64,000 nt of DNA from Limisphaerales bacterium (GCA_965657355.1 CBFHOE010000007.1:224001-288000); one strand, 5' to 3'. Positions 20,730-32,120 are shown, counted from the first letter of the stretch. A program made the numbers and translations. Notes: generated by a model not told the origin, from the sequence alone.

Positions 20730-21404
20730 TTATTTAATTTCTTTTATCCAAAGATCTTTATACCAAGCTTCTGAGGGAGGGCCTGAGTGGATCTGTAAGG
20801 CGATCAACCCAAATTGCTCCAATGACTTATCGGCCTCGACATAGTCAACCGTCATCTGACCATTGATCCATAATTGCACTCTCCTACCAACTGCCTTTAT
20901 CTTATATTCGTTCCAATCATTTGGTTTGAGTACTTTCATAACATCATTCAGATTTGCTGTGGCTATCATTTTTCTTCTTCGAGATTCATCATACAAGGAT
21001 CCCCAGTATTTCTGCCCCAAATCAGCCTGATAACCAATCATCTCGTGATGATTAGGAATTCGTTGTGATCTAATTTGGATTCCGGCATTTGGATTTTTAC
21101 CTACCAACTTAAATTTGGCTCGAAGAATAAAATCATTATAACTTTTCTTTGTGGCGAGAAATTGATTATGAGGGATTCGGTTTTCAAGTTGCCCACCTAC
21201 AATGGCTCCACTTTCGATTCTAAAGGAATCCAATGGCCCTTCCCAACCGGTAAAATCTTTACCATTAAATAACGGAGCAAATCCATCAGGAATCTTGTTA
21301 CTTTGCCCAAACCCTGACAGTGCGATGAATAAAAATATAATAACAAACAATGCCCATGATTTAGAAATACTAAACCGCCTGTTATGATGATCAATGGAAT
21401 ACAT
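20730..21404 (-). CDS. DUF1080 / 3-keto-disaccharide hydrolase domain protein, secreted
   Basis: Signal peptide; LFNGKDFTGW, NAGIQIRS, WNEYKI, GLIALQIH. Confidence 0.9.
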   Translation of the reverse strand: MYSIDHHNRRFSISKSWALFVIIFLFIALSGFGQSNKIPDGFAPLFNGKDFTGWEGPLDSFRIESGAIVGGQLENRIPHNQFLATKKSYNDFILRAKFKLVGKNPNAGIQIRSQRIPNHHEMIGYQADLGQKYWGSLYDESRRRKMIATANLNDVMKVLKPNDWNEYKIKAVGRRVQLWINGQMTVDYVEADKSLEQFGLIALQIHSGPPSEAWYKDLWIKEIK

Positions 21405-21445
21405 ATTACGAGGCTAGCATCATTTGCAAGATCACGCATATATTT

Positions 21446-23950
21446 TTATATTCTGTTTACCCTGAGATTTCGGAGAAAATTTAGAATTTCTAACTGGAGC
21501 ATCTTCTCCTTTTCACCTACTTTGCTAAGGATTAAATAAAGGTATTTTTGAGACTTTTCAAAACTTGGGTCATGGTTCAAGGACTCCATAAATTTTTCAC
21601 TCGCAGAGACATAATCATTACTATTCATACCTTTTAATCCATCTAGATACGACTTGAATGCCTTTCGACATTTTAACCATTTTGTTGAGAGCTCAATGTC
21701 AGTAACTACCATGGGGTTAGACTGATTCCTATTGGTAGACCACGAGTCGTCGAGTCCTTTGGAAATCCATTCAAGCAGTTGCGAACGCCTTGGTCGCGGT
21801 GAATAGGGAATAGAAGCTAGAATAGTTTGATCTAAAAGGTTACCTATTTCTTTCTCCCCTATCCTATTTTCCAGCCAATTTTCACCTCCTAAAAACCCGT
21901 AAAATATATCAAATACTTCGAATTCCTCCCTGATATCATCGGATTTATTCCATTCTTGGAGACGATTGTTTATTTGATCTAAACTTGGAGATACAGAGTC
22001 TTCATTACCTCCGATAAACCCAATGAGTGGATTGTCTGTTTCTTCGTCGAGCACGACGACTTGAACATTTTCCATATTTTTCAAAAATGTGTGCGAAAGA
22101 ATCCGTGTTGATTGATAACTAACTTGACTAATAGGCCACCATAAAAAGAGCCATCCATCATCACTGAGATTTGATCTCAACATTTGAAAAATTTCATCTG
22201 CCAAATAAACTCCATATTCAGGTAAAGAGGGATGGAGCGAATCAATAATGATCAAATCGTATTTATCTTTTTTGCCGATTAAGCAATCAATGAGATTTTG
22301 ACCTAAAGCTTCCTTATGTTTTCCTAAACTATAAATTGGGTCGCTCGCATATTCACTTTTCGGAAAAGTATTCACTAATGAGTGGTGCATAAAATTTACT
22401 GGAACAACGTGCTTTCCTTTGATGCCACGGCCAACATTTCGATTTTGGTATCTCAAGGCCTGTCCAAATTCTGGATTAAAACCGAAATATAAATAACTAT
22501 CGCAATTTGGCTTCCACAAAGATGAGAATAAATTTTTCTTGATTTGATTTTCACCAGTAAAAAGTATTTGTGAATTCCATCGAAATGAAGGAGTGCGTCT
22601 CCCTTCAGAAATTTCAATTAAGCCACATTTATCTTCGATAATAATTTGTGTACTTTCCTGAGTGGAGGCAGATTCGTCAAATTTAACCGGAGATAACTCA
22701 ATTAAAAATATCAGTGAAAAGCCAGTAATTGTTATTGCCAGAGCAACCCATGTTCGAGTGACATTTGGAATTAGTAGAAAGAACATTTGTGGTAATGCAG
22801 CCGCTACCCACGAAACGCCAATAAGTGGTATCAAAAAGTCCTGAAGAAAACTGACCGAACCCAAAAAAGTAAACATACACCATATTGGAAAATAAGACCT
22901 TTGCCCTGCATGTGGTTGAAACGCCCAAATAAATACAGAAACTAAAAAGCCAAGACTGAATGCAAATGGTCCGAAACATAACAAGGAAATAAGAATATCA
23001 AACCAAATCTGGGCGTATGTGCTATCCCCACAAAATAGCCAGGCTATGTATCCCATTTTATAAATATTTTTAAGACTGAGGAACGAAACAAGACAAGTAG
23101 ACACTATAATAAAAATGCCTGAATTGAGAACAGCAGGTCTTCCTCTAAATTTTTCTGGAACCACCACATTTGAAACAATACCGCCAATCAAAAAACTAAT
23201 TAAAAATCCAGCCAAGTGAAGCACGCTTGAAAAATAGTTATTTTCAGATACCTGCTTTAAATACCAGAAGCCAAGTTGCACCATCAAAATAGTGAGAATG
23301 GATGTAACACAAATAGAAAAAAAATAACGATTTTTAGTTAATACACCCTCACCGGCGGATACGTTAAAATTGCCTATACTGGCATTAGATTCATTACTAA
23401 AAAGTGCATAAAAAACCAGAACTAAGATTAGAACGCATGCACTAACAAGTATCACCCCGATATTCCCATAATTAACAACGATTGGTATACGGACTAAAAC
23501 GCCGAGTAAAATCCCGGTAAAAAAGAAAATAACCCAACATAAAATGCGACTTTGATCAGCTTGCTTGGAATAAATTTGTTTTTCGGCTGACCATTGTAAA
23601 ATTTTGAATACCGAGTAAATAAAAATGGTTAGGGATAAAAAACTTACAGCAGGGTTGAGAGCAATCTCGACAGGGTTTCTAATGAGCAAGAATGCAAATA
23701 CTCCAAAGCAAGTTATGGACAAACTGCACACCAACATATCCTGGTATATCTTTCGTTCTTTCTTGATTTTCTTCAAAAAAACCTCGAACAAGATCAAAAC
23801 TAAACTAAAAAGTATAAACTCTAGAGTCCGCAGCTCGGCAGTAATTGCAGATACAAGCTGAAAAAATATAAGACAAATGGATGCCACCAAAAAACCTGAT
23901 AGAATAGGAATCATGTTAAGGAGCATAGTCCGCCAATTTTTTTGATTCAC
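21446..23950 (-). CDS. Polytopic membrane protein fused to a degenerate spermidine-synthase-like domain
   Basis: About 12-13 TM segments, then YDLIIIDSLHP...RSNLSDDGWLFLWWP and a TPR-like tail. Confidence 0.55.
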   Translation of the reverse strand: MNQKNWRTMLLNMIPILSGFLVASICLIFFQLVSAITAELRTLEFILFSLVLILFEVFLKKIKKERKIYQDMLVCSLSITCFGVFAFLLIRNPVEIALNPAVSFLSLTIFIYSVFKILQWSAEKQIYSKQADQSRILCWVIFFFTGILLGVLVRIPIVVNYGNIGVILVSACVLILVLVFYALFSNESNASIGNFNVSAGEGVLTKNRYFFSICVTSILTILMVQLGFWYLKQVSENNYFSSVLHLAGFLISFLIGGIVSNVVVPEKFRGRPAVLNSGIFIIVSTCLVSFLSLKNIYKMGYIAWLFCGDSTYAQIWFDILISLLCFGPFAFSLGFLVSVFIWAFQPHAGQRSYFPIWCMFTFLGSVSFLQDFLIPLIGVSWVAAALPQMFFLLIPNVTRTWVALAITITGFSLIFLIELSPVKFDESASTQESTQIIIEDKCGLIEISEGRRTPSFRWNSQILFTGENQIKKNLFSSLWKPNCDSYLYFGFNPEFGQALRYQNRNVGRGIKGKHVVPVNFMHHSLVNTFPKSEYASDPIYSLGKHKEALGQNLIDCLIGKKDKYDLIIIDSLHPSLPEYGVYLADEIFQMLRSNLSDDGWLFLWWPISQVSYQSTRILSHTFLKNMENVQVVVLDEETDNPLIGFIGGNEDSVSPSLDQINNRLQEWNKSDDIREEFEVFDIFYGFLGGENWLENRIGEKEIGNLLDQTILASIPYSPRPRRSQLLEWISKGLDDSWSTNRNQSNPMVVTDIELSTKWLKCRKAFKSYLDGLKGMNSNDYVSASEKFMESLNHDPSFEKSQKYLYLILSKVGEKEKMLQLEILNFLRNLRVNRI

Positions 23951-24112
23951 TTTAGCAGAATCATTTATCGGAAATGATGCGTCAATGCGTTTGTCTCATT
24001 CCTTTTACTTTTGATATTTGTCTCACCAGCTCTTCTCTTCTTGCAAGAATGCCATTGGAATACCATTCTTGTTTTTAGATGAAGGGTACGGAGAGGATAA
24101 AGATCGATTAAT

Positions 24113-25153
24113 ATGAGGAATGCAAATTATAAATGCTCTTCAATCAAGCCGTACATCTCAATTATTCTACCGGTTTTTAATGGCGAAAAGACCCTGGAGA
24201 AGGCCATCTATTCATTGGGCAGCTTAGGCGGGATTGATGCGGAACTCATTATTATAGACGACGGATCCACAGATGGAACGCATAACATTCTTAATCAGAT
24301 AAAGAAGAATCTAAGTGGGGAGCCAATAAAGGTTATTAGGACCAGACATATTGGAGTTGCTGACGCCGCCAACATGGCAATCAGCTACGCGAAAGGGGAC
24401 TGGATTGCTAGGATTGACGCGGATGATTGGTCAAGCCCTCACAGATTAAGGCAGCAGCTTAGCCTTGCCCAGAATGAGAACCTGGACATTGTGAGTTGCT
24501 TCGTAAAGATTGTCACACCAGATGGATTTCCTGTTATTAGTTTACAGGACTATGAACAATGGCTCAATAGTTGTGTTACGCCTGAAGATATTCTAGCATC
24601 TCGATTTATTGAGCTTCCTATCCCCAATCCTACAATTCTAGCCAAAAGAGAAGTATTTGAGCTTGGATTCAGGAATGGAAACTACCCAGAGGATTATGAT
24701 TTATGGCTCAGGGCAATGTCGGCAGGTTTCCGGCCCGGTAAAGTCCCACGTACATTGTATTGGTGGACAGACCATCCAAATCGTGTAACTAGAACACAAT
24801 CGATCTACACGAAAGCAGCTTTTCTCAATGCCAAAAAGCTTCACCTTTTCGATGGCCCCTTAGCTGGTGTGACTGAATGCGATTTTTGGGGCGCAGGTCT
24901 TGAGGGAAAGCCCTGGATACGCTGGTTTTTGAACCAGGGAATAAAAATTCGTAATATCATTGACGTGAACCCTAATAAAGTTGGCCAAGTTATACATGGA
25001 TCACAGGTTATTTTGCCTGAGAGAATTAATACAACACCTCCTCTCCCATTGTTTATTGGAGTTGGGGTACCCGAGGGAAGAAAAAAAATTAAGGATTTCA
25101 TTCTGTCCCATCTACCACACACACCAGGACAGGACGCTTGGTTCCTAGCATAA
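24113..25153 (+). CDS. Glycosyltransferase family 2
   Basis: SIILPVFNGE, DDGSTDGT, RIDADD, EDYDLWLR; C-terminal Rossmann-like WGAG segment. Confidence 0.92.
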   Translation: MRNANYKCSSIKPYISIILPVFNGEKTLEKAIYSLGSLGGIDAELIIIDDGSTDGTHNILNQIKKNLSGEPIKVIRTRHIGVADAANMAISYAKGDWIARIDADDWSSPHRLRQQLSLAQNENLDIVSCFVKIVTPDGFPVISLQDYEQWLNSCVTPEDILASRFIELPIPNPTILAKREVFELGFRNGNYPEDYDLWLRAMSAGFRPGKVPRTLYWWTDHPNRVTRTQSIYTKAAFLNAKKLHLFDGPLAGVTECDFWGAGLEGKPWIRWFLNQGIKIRNIIDVNPNKVGQVIHGSQVILPERINTTPPLPLFIGVGVPEGRKKIKDFILSHLPHTPGQDAWFLA

Positions 25154-25207
25154 GGAAATACTAGGAATAGGATTTCAATATTTGATAAAAAAGCTATCTT
25201 CAATTCT

Positions 25208-25594
25208 ATGAGTCACCAGGAAATATCTCAATCGAATGTCATGGGACAGCCATTAAAACCATGTAGCATGAATCCCCTCACTGGATTTTATCGCAACGGC
25301 CACTGCTGCACAGGCCCGGGGGATACTGGATTGCATACCGTTTGCGTGGTGGTAACAGAGGAGTTTTTGGAGTTTTCCAGAAATGTTGGAAACGATTTGA
25401 GCACCCCGATACCGGCCTACAATTTCCCTGGTCTCGTTTCAGGAGATAGATGGTGCCTATGCGTCACGAGATGGGTTGAAGCTTTTAAAGCAGATAAAAC
25501 TCCAAAGGTGATTTTGGAGGCAACCCACATTTCAGCTTTAGAATTTGTTGATCTTGAAGATCTTAAAAAACACCAATTCAAACCAAATCCTTAA
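25208..25594 (+). CDS. DUF2237 family protein
   Basis: NPLTGFYRNGHC, GLHTVC, GNDLSTP, GDRWCLCVTRW. Confidence 0.93.
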   Translation: MSHQEISQSNVMGQPLKPCSMNPLTGFYRNGHCCTGPGDTGLHTVCVVVTEEFLEFSRNVGNDLSTPIPAYNFPGLVSGDRWCLCVTRWVEAFKADKTPKVILEATHISALEFVDLEDLKKHQFKPNP

Positions 25595-25626
25595 GTAGGA
25601 TTAGAATCTAAGATATAATATTATAT

Positions 25627-27129
25627 TTAAGTATTTTCTTTGTCGTTATCCTGAAAGAGCTCCATCTGTAGTTTTTGAACATCGATCTGGTCTACAAGAG
25701 AGGAAGATGAGTGAGTTCTAGTTTCGATAATATCTTTTGTGAAATTTGCATCATATGGAACGGGGTAGTTTCCATCATAACAAGCCATACAAAACTTTTC
25801 TGCCCCCCCACCACATGCATCCAACATCCCATCAATACTCAGGTAGTTTACAGAATCCGCATCCAGGTATTTTGCAATTTCTTCAAGTGATTTGTTGGAT
25901 GCCATCAATTTCGTTTTGTCTGGAAAATCGATTCCATAATAGCAGGGATTTTTGTGAGGAGGACAGCTCACGAGGATGTGCACTTCCGTTGCTCCCGCTT
26001 CCTTTAAACTATTGACGTGGGCTTTACTCGTTGTTCCTCTTACAATCGAGTCGTCGATAATAACTACTTTCTTGCCGGCAACAAGTTCCCGAATTAGGTT
26101 GAGTTTAACCTTTACGTTAAAGTCTCGAATTAATTGTGATGGCTGCAAGAAGCTACGTCCCACATAATGATTTCGTACGAAGGCCATCTCAAAAGGAATA
26201 TTACTTTCCAGTGAATAGCCAAGAGCAGCGCAATTACCGCTATCCGGTATGGGAACAACAATATCCGCATCGATAGGGTTTTCACGGGCTAGCTGTCGCC
26301 CCATATCAACTCTGGTCTGGTAAACACTCTTACCACCCAAAACACTATCCGGTCTGGAAAAATAGACATGCTCAAATATACAAAAAGATTTCCTTTGCTG
26401 ACCTGATGCATACTTCAAACTGCGGAGGCCCTTTGAATCAATGATGACAATTTCCCCCGGCTCAACATCGCGAATATATTCTGCTTGAATCAAATCAAAC
26501 GCACAGGTTTCACTTGACAAAACATACCCACCTTCAAGCTTGGCAATAGAAAGCGGCCGGAACCCCTGAGGGTCTCTTATTCCTATCAAGGCATCTTTAG
26601 TCATGAGGACTAGTGAGAAGGCTCCCTCTATCTTTTGGATCGCATTGACTAAATTAATGGGTTGATTCGATTCTTCTCCCTGCGGCTGGGCTAACAAATG
26701 AAGAATAATTTCACTGTCTATAGTGGTCTGGAATATCGATCCATTTTGCTCAAGTTCCCATCTCAATCGGGCAGCGTTGGTTAAATTACCATTGTGTGCA
26801 ATAGCCACCTTACCTTTATAAAAATCAACAATGAGAGGTTGAGCATTAGAAGCTTCTGAAGAACCAGTTGTAGAATATCTTGTATGACCAATAGCAAGAT
26901 CTCCCTTCAACTCCGAAAGAACATTTCCTCGAAACACGTTGGAAACCAACCCCATCCCTCGATGATTATGAAACTCTCCTTGCTCATCGCAGGATACTAT
27001 ACCAGCGCTTTCCTGTCCTCTATGCTGAAGAGCGAACAAGCCATAGTAGGCTAACCGAGCGGCATCAGAGTGTCCCCAGACACCAAATACTCCGCAATAA
27101 TGCTTGGGATATTCTTGTTCAACTTCCAT
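25627..27129 (-). CDS. purF: Amidophosphoribosyltransferase
   Basis: Propeptide then CGVFG, QHRGQESAG, DDSIVRGTT, Fe-S cysteines. Confidence 0.97.
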   Translation of the reverse strand: MEVEQEYPKHYCGVFGVWGHSDAARLAYYGLFALQHRGQESAGIVSCDEQGEFHNHRGMGLVSNVFRGNVLSELKGDLAIGHTRYSTTGSSEASNAQPLIVDFYKGKVAIAHNGNLTNAARLRWELEQNGSIFQTTIDSEIILHLLAQPQGEESNQPINLVNAIQKIEGAFSLVLMTKDALIGIRDPQGFRPLSIAKLEGGYVLSSETCAFDLIQAEYIRDVEPGEIVIIDSKGLRSLKYASGQQRKSFCIFEHVYFSRPDSVLGGKSVYQTRVDMGRQLARENPIDADIVVPIPDSGNCAALGYSLESNIPFEMAFVRNHYVGRSFLQPSQLIRDFNVKVKLNLIRELVAGKKVVIIDDSIVRGTTSKAHVNSLKEAGATEVHILVSCPPHKNPCYYGIDFPDKTKLMASNKSLEEIAKYLDADSVNYLSIDGMLDACGGGAEKFCMACYDGNYPVPYDANFTKDIIETRTHSSSSLVDQIDVQKLQMELFQDNDKENT

Positions 27130-27130
27130 G

Positions 27131-29464
27131 TCAGTTGTCCATGTGATTACCGATGGTATTCCACCATGTTTTATGCAGAGAATCTAGAGGCGAGCTGCAT
27201 ATATGCTGTCCACCGATTGAGAGTTTAAATTCTTTTGCCTCTGTTGTGGAGCCAATCTTTGTTATTGAAATTCCAGAGGGAATAGAATTGAGAATTTCTT
27301 TAGCTTTTAAGGGTTGGACCTCGATAATTATTCGTGATTGTCTCTCACCGAAAAGAAGTGCGTCTAGTCTATCGCCGGCAAGCCCTCGTTCCTTCAAAGG
27401 GCCCAGTTCCAGTTCCACTCCAATAAGTTGAGGAAGGTTGCGAGAGAAATTCGAAGATATTGACATTTCAATAATACTATTTAAAAGCCCACCATCGCTG
27501 CAGTCATGAGCTGCATTAATCAATCCTTTAGATACCCAACCACGGTATGTTTCGTGAATGAGGGATTCATCATCTAAAGAGCAAGGTGAAGGACGGCCGT
27601 GTTTTCTTCCATGAATACAATTCAGGAATGCTGATCCGCCAAGACCATACCAGTCATCCGCTTTAAACTGACTTGGCTCTATCAAGAACAACTCGCTATC
27701 CGAGGATTTGAACCATTGTGTAATGATATGATCTTTGCTCTCAAACAGTCCCACAACACCAACAACAGGAGTTGGATCAATAGCACCGCTTGGGTTTTGA
27801 TTATAAAGACTCACATTTCCTCCAGTCACCGGGATATTGAAATGTTGACATGCATCGCTCATTCCGTGAACCGCTTCCTTTAACTGAAAAAATAATTCAG
27901 GGTTGTGAGGATTACCAAAATTTAGATTGTCGGTGACACCAATCGGACGGGCCCCTGAAACGGCAATATTACGGCATGCCTCTGCCACGGCAATCTTCCC
28001 TCCTTCGTATGGATCGAGATAAGAATACACGCCATTGCCGTCCACAGTCATAGCTATATACTTATCAGGAAATTCTCTTTTTTCCCCACCAGGAAGCACT
28101 GGCATTGAATCTTCCTTTATCCGAACAACTGCAGCATCACTACCAGGTAATACAACAGAACCATTCCTCACCATATGATCATACTGCCGATAGACCCAAT
28201 TCTTTGAACTTATGGTTGGAAAGGCAAGCAACTGGCTTAATGCACTTATTACTGAGCCAGCATCTAGATCTTGAATTTCATCTACTTGGAATGATCGTGT
28301 TTTTGCGAAATATTCGGGCTCTTTTGATTCTCGATGGTAAATAGGAGCTTCATCTGCCAATCGAGCTGCTGGAATGTCAGCAACAATCTCACCACTGTGT
28401 TTGACAATCATTTGACCAGTATCGGTGACAACGCCAACTTCAGACCAAGGTAAATCCCATTTATCAAAAACCTTCTTAACCTCATCTTCTCGACCTTTAT
28501 GAATGATGATTAACATCCGCTCCTGTGACTCGCTGAGCATGATTTCATAAGAGGACATACCCGGCCCTCGCTGCGGCACCTTATCAAGCTCTATTTCGAT
28601 TCCGGTCCCAGCCCTACTGGCTGTTTCACATGTTGAGCAAGTCAACCCTGCAGCTCCCATATCCTGAATTCCCGCCACGGCACCTGTGGCAAGAAGTTCT
28701 AAGCATGCTTCCATCACCAATTTTTCCATGAATGGATCACCCACTTGGACGGCCCCTCTTTGATGCTCAGCAGACTCTTCAGTAAGGTCTTGTGAGGCAA
28801 AAGCAGCGCCAGCCAAACCATCCCGTCCAGTAGCTGGGCCAACATAGAAAACAGGGTTACCCACACCCTCTGCAGCCCCTCTTGCAATCTGGTCTGTATA
28901 AAGTGCACCCAATGCGAAAGCATTTACCAACGGGTTACCTTCGTAAGATTTATCGAAGCAAACCTCACCAGCAATGGTAGGTATACCAAAGCAATTACCG
29001 TAGTGGGCTATACCTTCGACGACACCTCGAAACAACCTTCTGACCTCGGCTGATTCCAATGATCCAAAACGGAGGGAATTCATACCACAAATTGGACGCG
29101 CGCCCATTGTAAAAATATCTCTTAAAATCCCACCAACACCCGTCGCTGCTCCTTGGAATGGCTCAACGGCACTGGGGTGATTGTGTGACTCAATCTTAAA
29201 TGCAATGGCTACTCCATCTCCAATGTCCAAAATCCCTGCATTCTCTTCACCTGCTGCAACAAGGACTTCCTTTGATTTTGTTGGAAATGACTTTAAGAGT
29301 GGACGAGTGTTTTTGTAGGAACAGTGTTCACTCCACATCACTGAGAAAATTCCTAACTCAGTAATGTTTGGCTCGCGCCCGAGTATATTCAAAATCTGAG
29401 CATACTCCTCGGATGTGAGTCCATGCTTTTCTATCAATTCAGGGGTAATTTTTGGCTCAGCCAT
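27131..29464 (-). CDS. purL: Phosphoribosylformylglycinamidine synthase subunit PurL
   Basis: [29 protein letters not shown]. Confidence 0.97.
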   Translation of the reverse strand: MAEPKITPELIEKHGLTSEEYAQILNILGREPNITELGIFSVMWSEHCSYKNTRPLLKSFPTKSKEVLVAAGEENAGILDIGDGVAIAFKIESHNHPSAVEPFQGAATGVGGILRDIFTMGARPICGMNSLRFGSLESAEVRRLFRGVVEGIAHYGNCFGIPTIAGEVCFDKSYEGNPLVNAFALGALYTDQIARGAAEGVGNPVFYVGPATGRDGLAGAAFASQDLTEESAEHQRGAVQVGDPFMEKLVMEACLELLATGAVAGIQDMGAAGLTCSTCETASRAGTGIEIELDKVPQRGPGMSSYEIMLSESQERMLIIIHKGREDEVKKVFDKWDLPWSEVGVVTDTGQMIVKHSGEIVADIPAARLADEAPIYHRESKEPEYFAKTRSFQVDEIQDLDAGSVISALSQLLAFPTISSKNWVYRQYDHMVRNGSVVLPGSDAAVVRIKEDSMPVLPGGEKREFPDKYIAMTVDGNGVYSYLDPYEGGKIAVAEACRNIAVSGARPIGVTDNLNFGNPHNPELFFQLKEAVHGMSDACQHFNIPVTGGNVSLYNQNPSGAIDPTPVVGVVGLFESKDHIITQWFKSSDSELFLIEPSQFKADDWYGLGGSAFLNCIHGRKHGRPSPCSLDDESLIHETYRGWVSKGLINAAHDCSDGGLLNSIIEMSISSNFSRNLPQLIGVELELGPLKERGLAGDRLDALLFGERQSRIIIEVQPLKAKEILNSIPSGISITKIGSTTEAKEFKLSIGGQHICSSPLDSLHKTWWNTIGNHMDN

Positions 29465-29559
29465 GGCTAAGTTTAAAAAAGTTTATGACTTAATGGATTT
29501 AAGTTTAATGTTAATCAAAAGTTAAGTTGCTCTAAGGTGTGAATTTCTTTCCCAAAGAA

Positions 29560-30270
29560 CTAGGCCTTCAAGTTACATGCGTCCTCAAAAGACCTGATCA
29601 TTGATTCAAAAATTTTCTTTCCTGTAGATTCCCCCAGTATATCTTCCGAGGCCCTCTCGGGGTGAGGCATCAAGCCTGCCACGTTACCAGCAATATTACT
29701 TACTCCAGCAATGTTTAAAATAGAACCATTTGGGTTAGTCGATGATGAAATTTGCCCGAAAGAATCGCAATATCTCCATAGAATTTGATTATTATTCTCC
29801 AATTGTTCCAAACCTGGTTCATCAATATAATAACATCCCTCACCGTGCGCTATCGGGCAGTGAATGAGTTCACCTTCAAAGATCGCCTTGTTAAATGGCG
29901 ATTGGAGGTTCTCTGGCTTCAAATACACATGTTCACATATGAAGCGAAGATCTCGATTACGCACCAGAGCCCCTGGCAATAACCCCGATTCCGTAAGTAT
30001 TTGAAAACCATTGCATATTCCCAACACCAAGCCACCATTGTCAGCGAACTCTTTGAGAGCACTCATGACCGGACTGCATTTCGCAATGGCGCCACATCTC
30101 AGATAATCCCCATAACTAAAGCCACCGGGAACGATGACGGCATCTACGCTCCGAATGGCTTTTTCTTTGTGCCACAAATAACTGGCTGGGTAGCCAAGCA
30201 CATTACTGATGACGTGAAGGCAATCCTGATCACAATTTGATCCAGGAAACTGGAGGACCGCAAACTTCAT
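29560..30270 (-). CDS. purQ: FGAM synthase glutaminase subunit PurQ
   Basis: FPGSNCD, GGFSYGDYLR, GICNGFQ, MPHPER. Confidence 0.97.
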   Translation of the reverse strand: MKFAVLQFPGSNCDQDCLHVISNVLGYPASYLWHKEKAIRSVDAVIVPGGFSYGDYLRCGAIAKCSPVMSALKEFADNGGLVLGICNGFQILTESGLLPGALVRNRDLRFICEHVYLKPENLQSPFNKAIFEGELIHCPIAHGEGCYYIDEPGLEQLENNNQILWRYCDSFGQISSSTNPNGSILNIAGVSNIAGNVAGLMPHPERASEDILGESTGKKIFESMIRSFEDACNLKA

Positions 30271-30509
30271 GAAGGATCAATTTCGAGAACGTAATCCTCG
30301 ATAACCGGATTAGTTAAAAATTTACGACATGCCTCATCCATGGATGCCCGAACAGTTTCTTCGTCGCCATCGATCTCGAATTCAAGATATTTTCCTACGT
30401 GGACAGCGCTGATGCCATCGTGACCGAAGTGCTCAAGTGCATTCTGAACTGTCTTTCCTTGTGGATCGAAAACCGCTTTCTTTGGAGTGATAATTACGCG
30501 TGCTTTCAT
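30267..30509 (-). CDS. purS: FGAM synthase subunit PurS
   Basis: DPQG and LTNPVIE motifs; overlaps the purQ start. Confidence 0.95.
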   Translation of the reverse strand: MKARVIITPKKAVFDPQGKTVQNALEHFGHDGISAVHVGKYLEFEIDGDEETVRASMDEACRKFLTNPVIEDYVLEIDPS

Positions 30510-30616
30510 TAAAATTTATTTGGCCATTCTGCAGAATTTGTGTGACATATTAGCGAAAGAATTTAAGAACTCCAGCGATTTGTCATAAGTTCCCTGGCTC
30601 GATATGCAAATAAGAA

Positions 30617-31528
30617 TTATGTGGAGACACCATCAGAGCTCTCATCGACTTTAGATTTTTCAGCAATGGCGTTTCTAGCAGCCTCCGCTTTGGCAGAAGC
30701 CTCTACAGCCCTTTTCTGTATCTCTTCTTGGGAGGGCAGTGACAAAAGGACTTCAGGGGGAATATCAGCATCCTTTTGTAGTTTAACTAAACATTTCTGC
30801 CGTTCATTTAATGCCTTACTAGAATCCCGTTCTTTGGAAAATCTAGACTTAGCTCTCTCTGAGCGTTCTCTGAGCATGTCATATATATCCCCGCCAAGGA
30901 GCGATGAAATATCCACCTTCATTTTCTCCCTTTGCATATCTTCGGCGCTGACCTGATCTCCATTGATTGGCCCGGATTTATATTTGGGAAACATAATTGC
31001 CGCTTCTGGGCAAACCCTCGAGCACGCTGGACAATTTGTTTTACAGTTGTCTTGGTTTTGAACCTGAATCTGTTGCTCTGACGAAACTCCATAAACACCA
31101 AATAAACAGAAACTTAAACACTGCATGCAATTGGTGCACCGATCGTAATCGATTACAGGGAACCATGGTTTCCACGTTTTGTGATTAAAAAGGTTATTCT
31201 CAGCTCGGATTCTTTCGCTTAATTCACCCACCGCTTGAGAGAGACCGGCCCCAGCATCCATAGACGATAAATCGTAAACATTTGTCTCTTCATTTGCTTC
31301 AAGCAGATTTAATTCTTCCGGTGTTTTCCCGCCGAAATTGCCGATAACCAAAGTTCTGATACGCTCTCCTATTTGCTGCATATTTCGAGGGTCAAAAAGC
31401 CTCGTTACGGCAAAGCCTCTACCTAGCAACTCTCCCACAATGGAAAAGCGATTATCATCGCTAAGCGAATGTGTTCCAGCTCCTTCATAAATTATGACCC
31501 TCAGGGACTTGCTTGCCGCTAAACTCAT
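30617..31528 (-). CDS. 2x[4Fe-4S] ferredoxin-domain protein of unknown function
   Basis: WFPVIDYDRCTNCMQCLSFC and CKTNCPACSRVCP cluster motifs; extra N-terminal alpha/beta domain and charged C-terminal tail. Confidence 0.85.
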   Translation of the reverse strand: MSLAASKSLRVIIYEGAGTHSLSDDNRFSIVGELLGRGFAVTRLFDPRNMQQIGERIRTLVIGNFGGKTPEELNLLEANEETNVYDLSSMDAGAGLSQAVGELSERIRAENNLFNHKTWKPWFPVIDYDRCTNCMQCLSFCLFGVYGVSSEQQIQVQNQDNCKTNCPACSRVCPEAAIMFPKYKSGPINGDQVSAEDMQREKMKVDISSLLGGDIYDMLRERSERAKSRFSKERDSSKALNERQKCLVKLQKDADIPPEVLLSLPSQEEIQKRAVEASAKAEAARNAIAEKSKVDESSDGVST

Positions 31529-31602
31529 CAGTTACTTCTATTTGGTTGTTTTATAAATCGGTAATCGTTTAGTTGGAAAAAATCACGCTCAAGATTATCA
31601 TT

Positions 31603-31998
31603 CTAATCAGATTCTTCAATTATTTCGACAGGAGCTTTTCCTTTCCCTTCAGGTAAATTGGATTCAAATTTGTCGCTCATGATATCATTTAAAACAACTG
31701 ATGCTGTTTGAGACCGCATGTTGCATACCTGAACGGCTGTAACATCAAAGTTTCTACCAGTTGAATTTAAGAGCCATTTGACCGCCCTGGGGTAGCAAGC
31801 TGCCACTTTAATCTTCTTCCCATCTGCAATAGAGGCAAGGTCCGGATCTCTTCTTGCTGCCATTTCACATAAATCTGAAACCGCTTCCCATTCAACATCA
31901 GCACGGCACAAACCCTCTAATACCTCTTTTTTCACATCTTCGGGTACGATTTTCGCGTGCGCACAATGGCAGTAAATCACTCTACAGTTTTGCCCCAT
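31603..31998 (-). CDS. Cys-rich hypothetical protein resembling the HdrA N-terminal Fe-S domain
   Basis: CHC...DLC...AACYPR...NMR pattern, parallel to HdrA N-terminal CxC...C...AACxPR...NIR. Confidence 0.7.
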   Translation of the reverse strand: MGQNCRVIYCHCAHAKIVPEDVKKEVLEGLCRADVEWEAVSDLCEMAARRDPDLASIADGKKIKVAACYPRAVKWLLNSTGRNFDVTAVQVCNMRSQTASVVLNDIMSDKFESNLPEGKGKAPVEIIEESD

Positions 31999-32030
31999 AC
32001 TTCATAGCTTACCCTCATGTAGTTCTCTTT

Positions 32031-32071
32031 GTAAAATTCAAACCCCGGAATCGAAGCAATCAATTCCGGGG
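32031..32071 (-). terminator. Intrinsic terminator / candidate attenuator hairpin
   Basis: Minus strand CCCCGGAATTGA-TTGCT-TCGATTCCGGGG (12 bp, one G-U pair) followed by TTTGAATTTT. Confidence 0.75.
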
Positions 32072-32120
32072 GACCCATTATTGAATATTAGATATTTGTG
32101 TCACTCAGCTCACCGTACAA

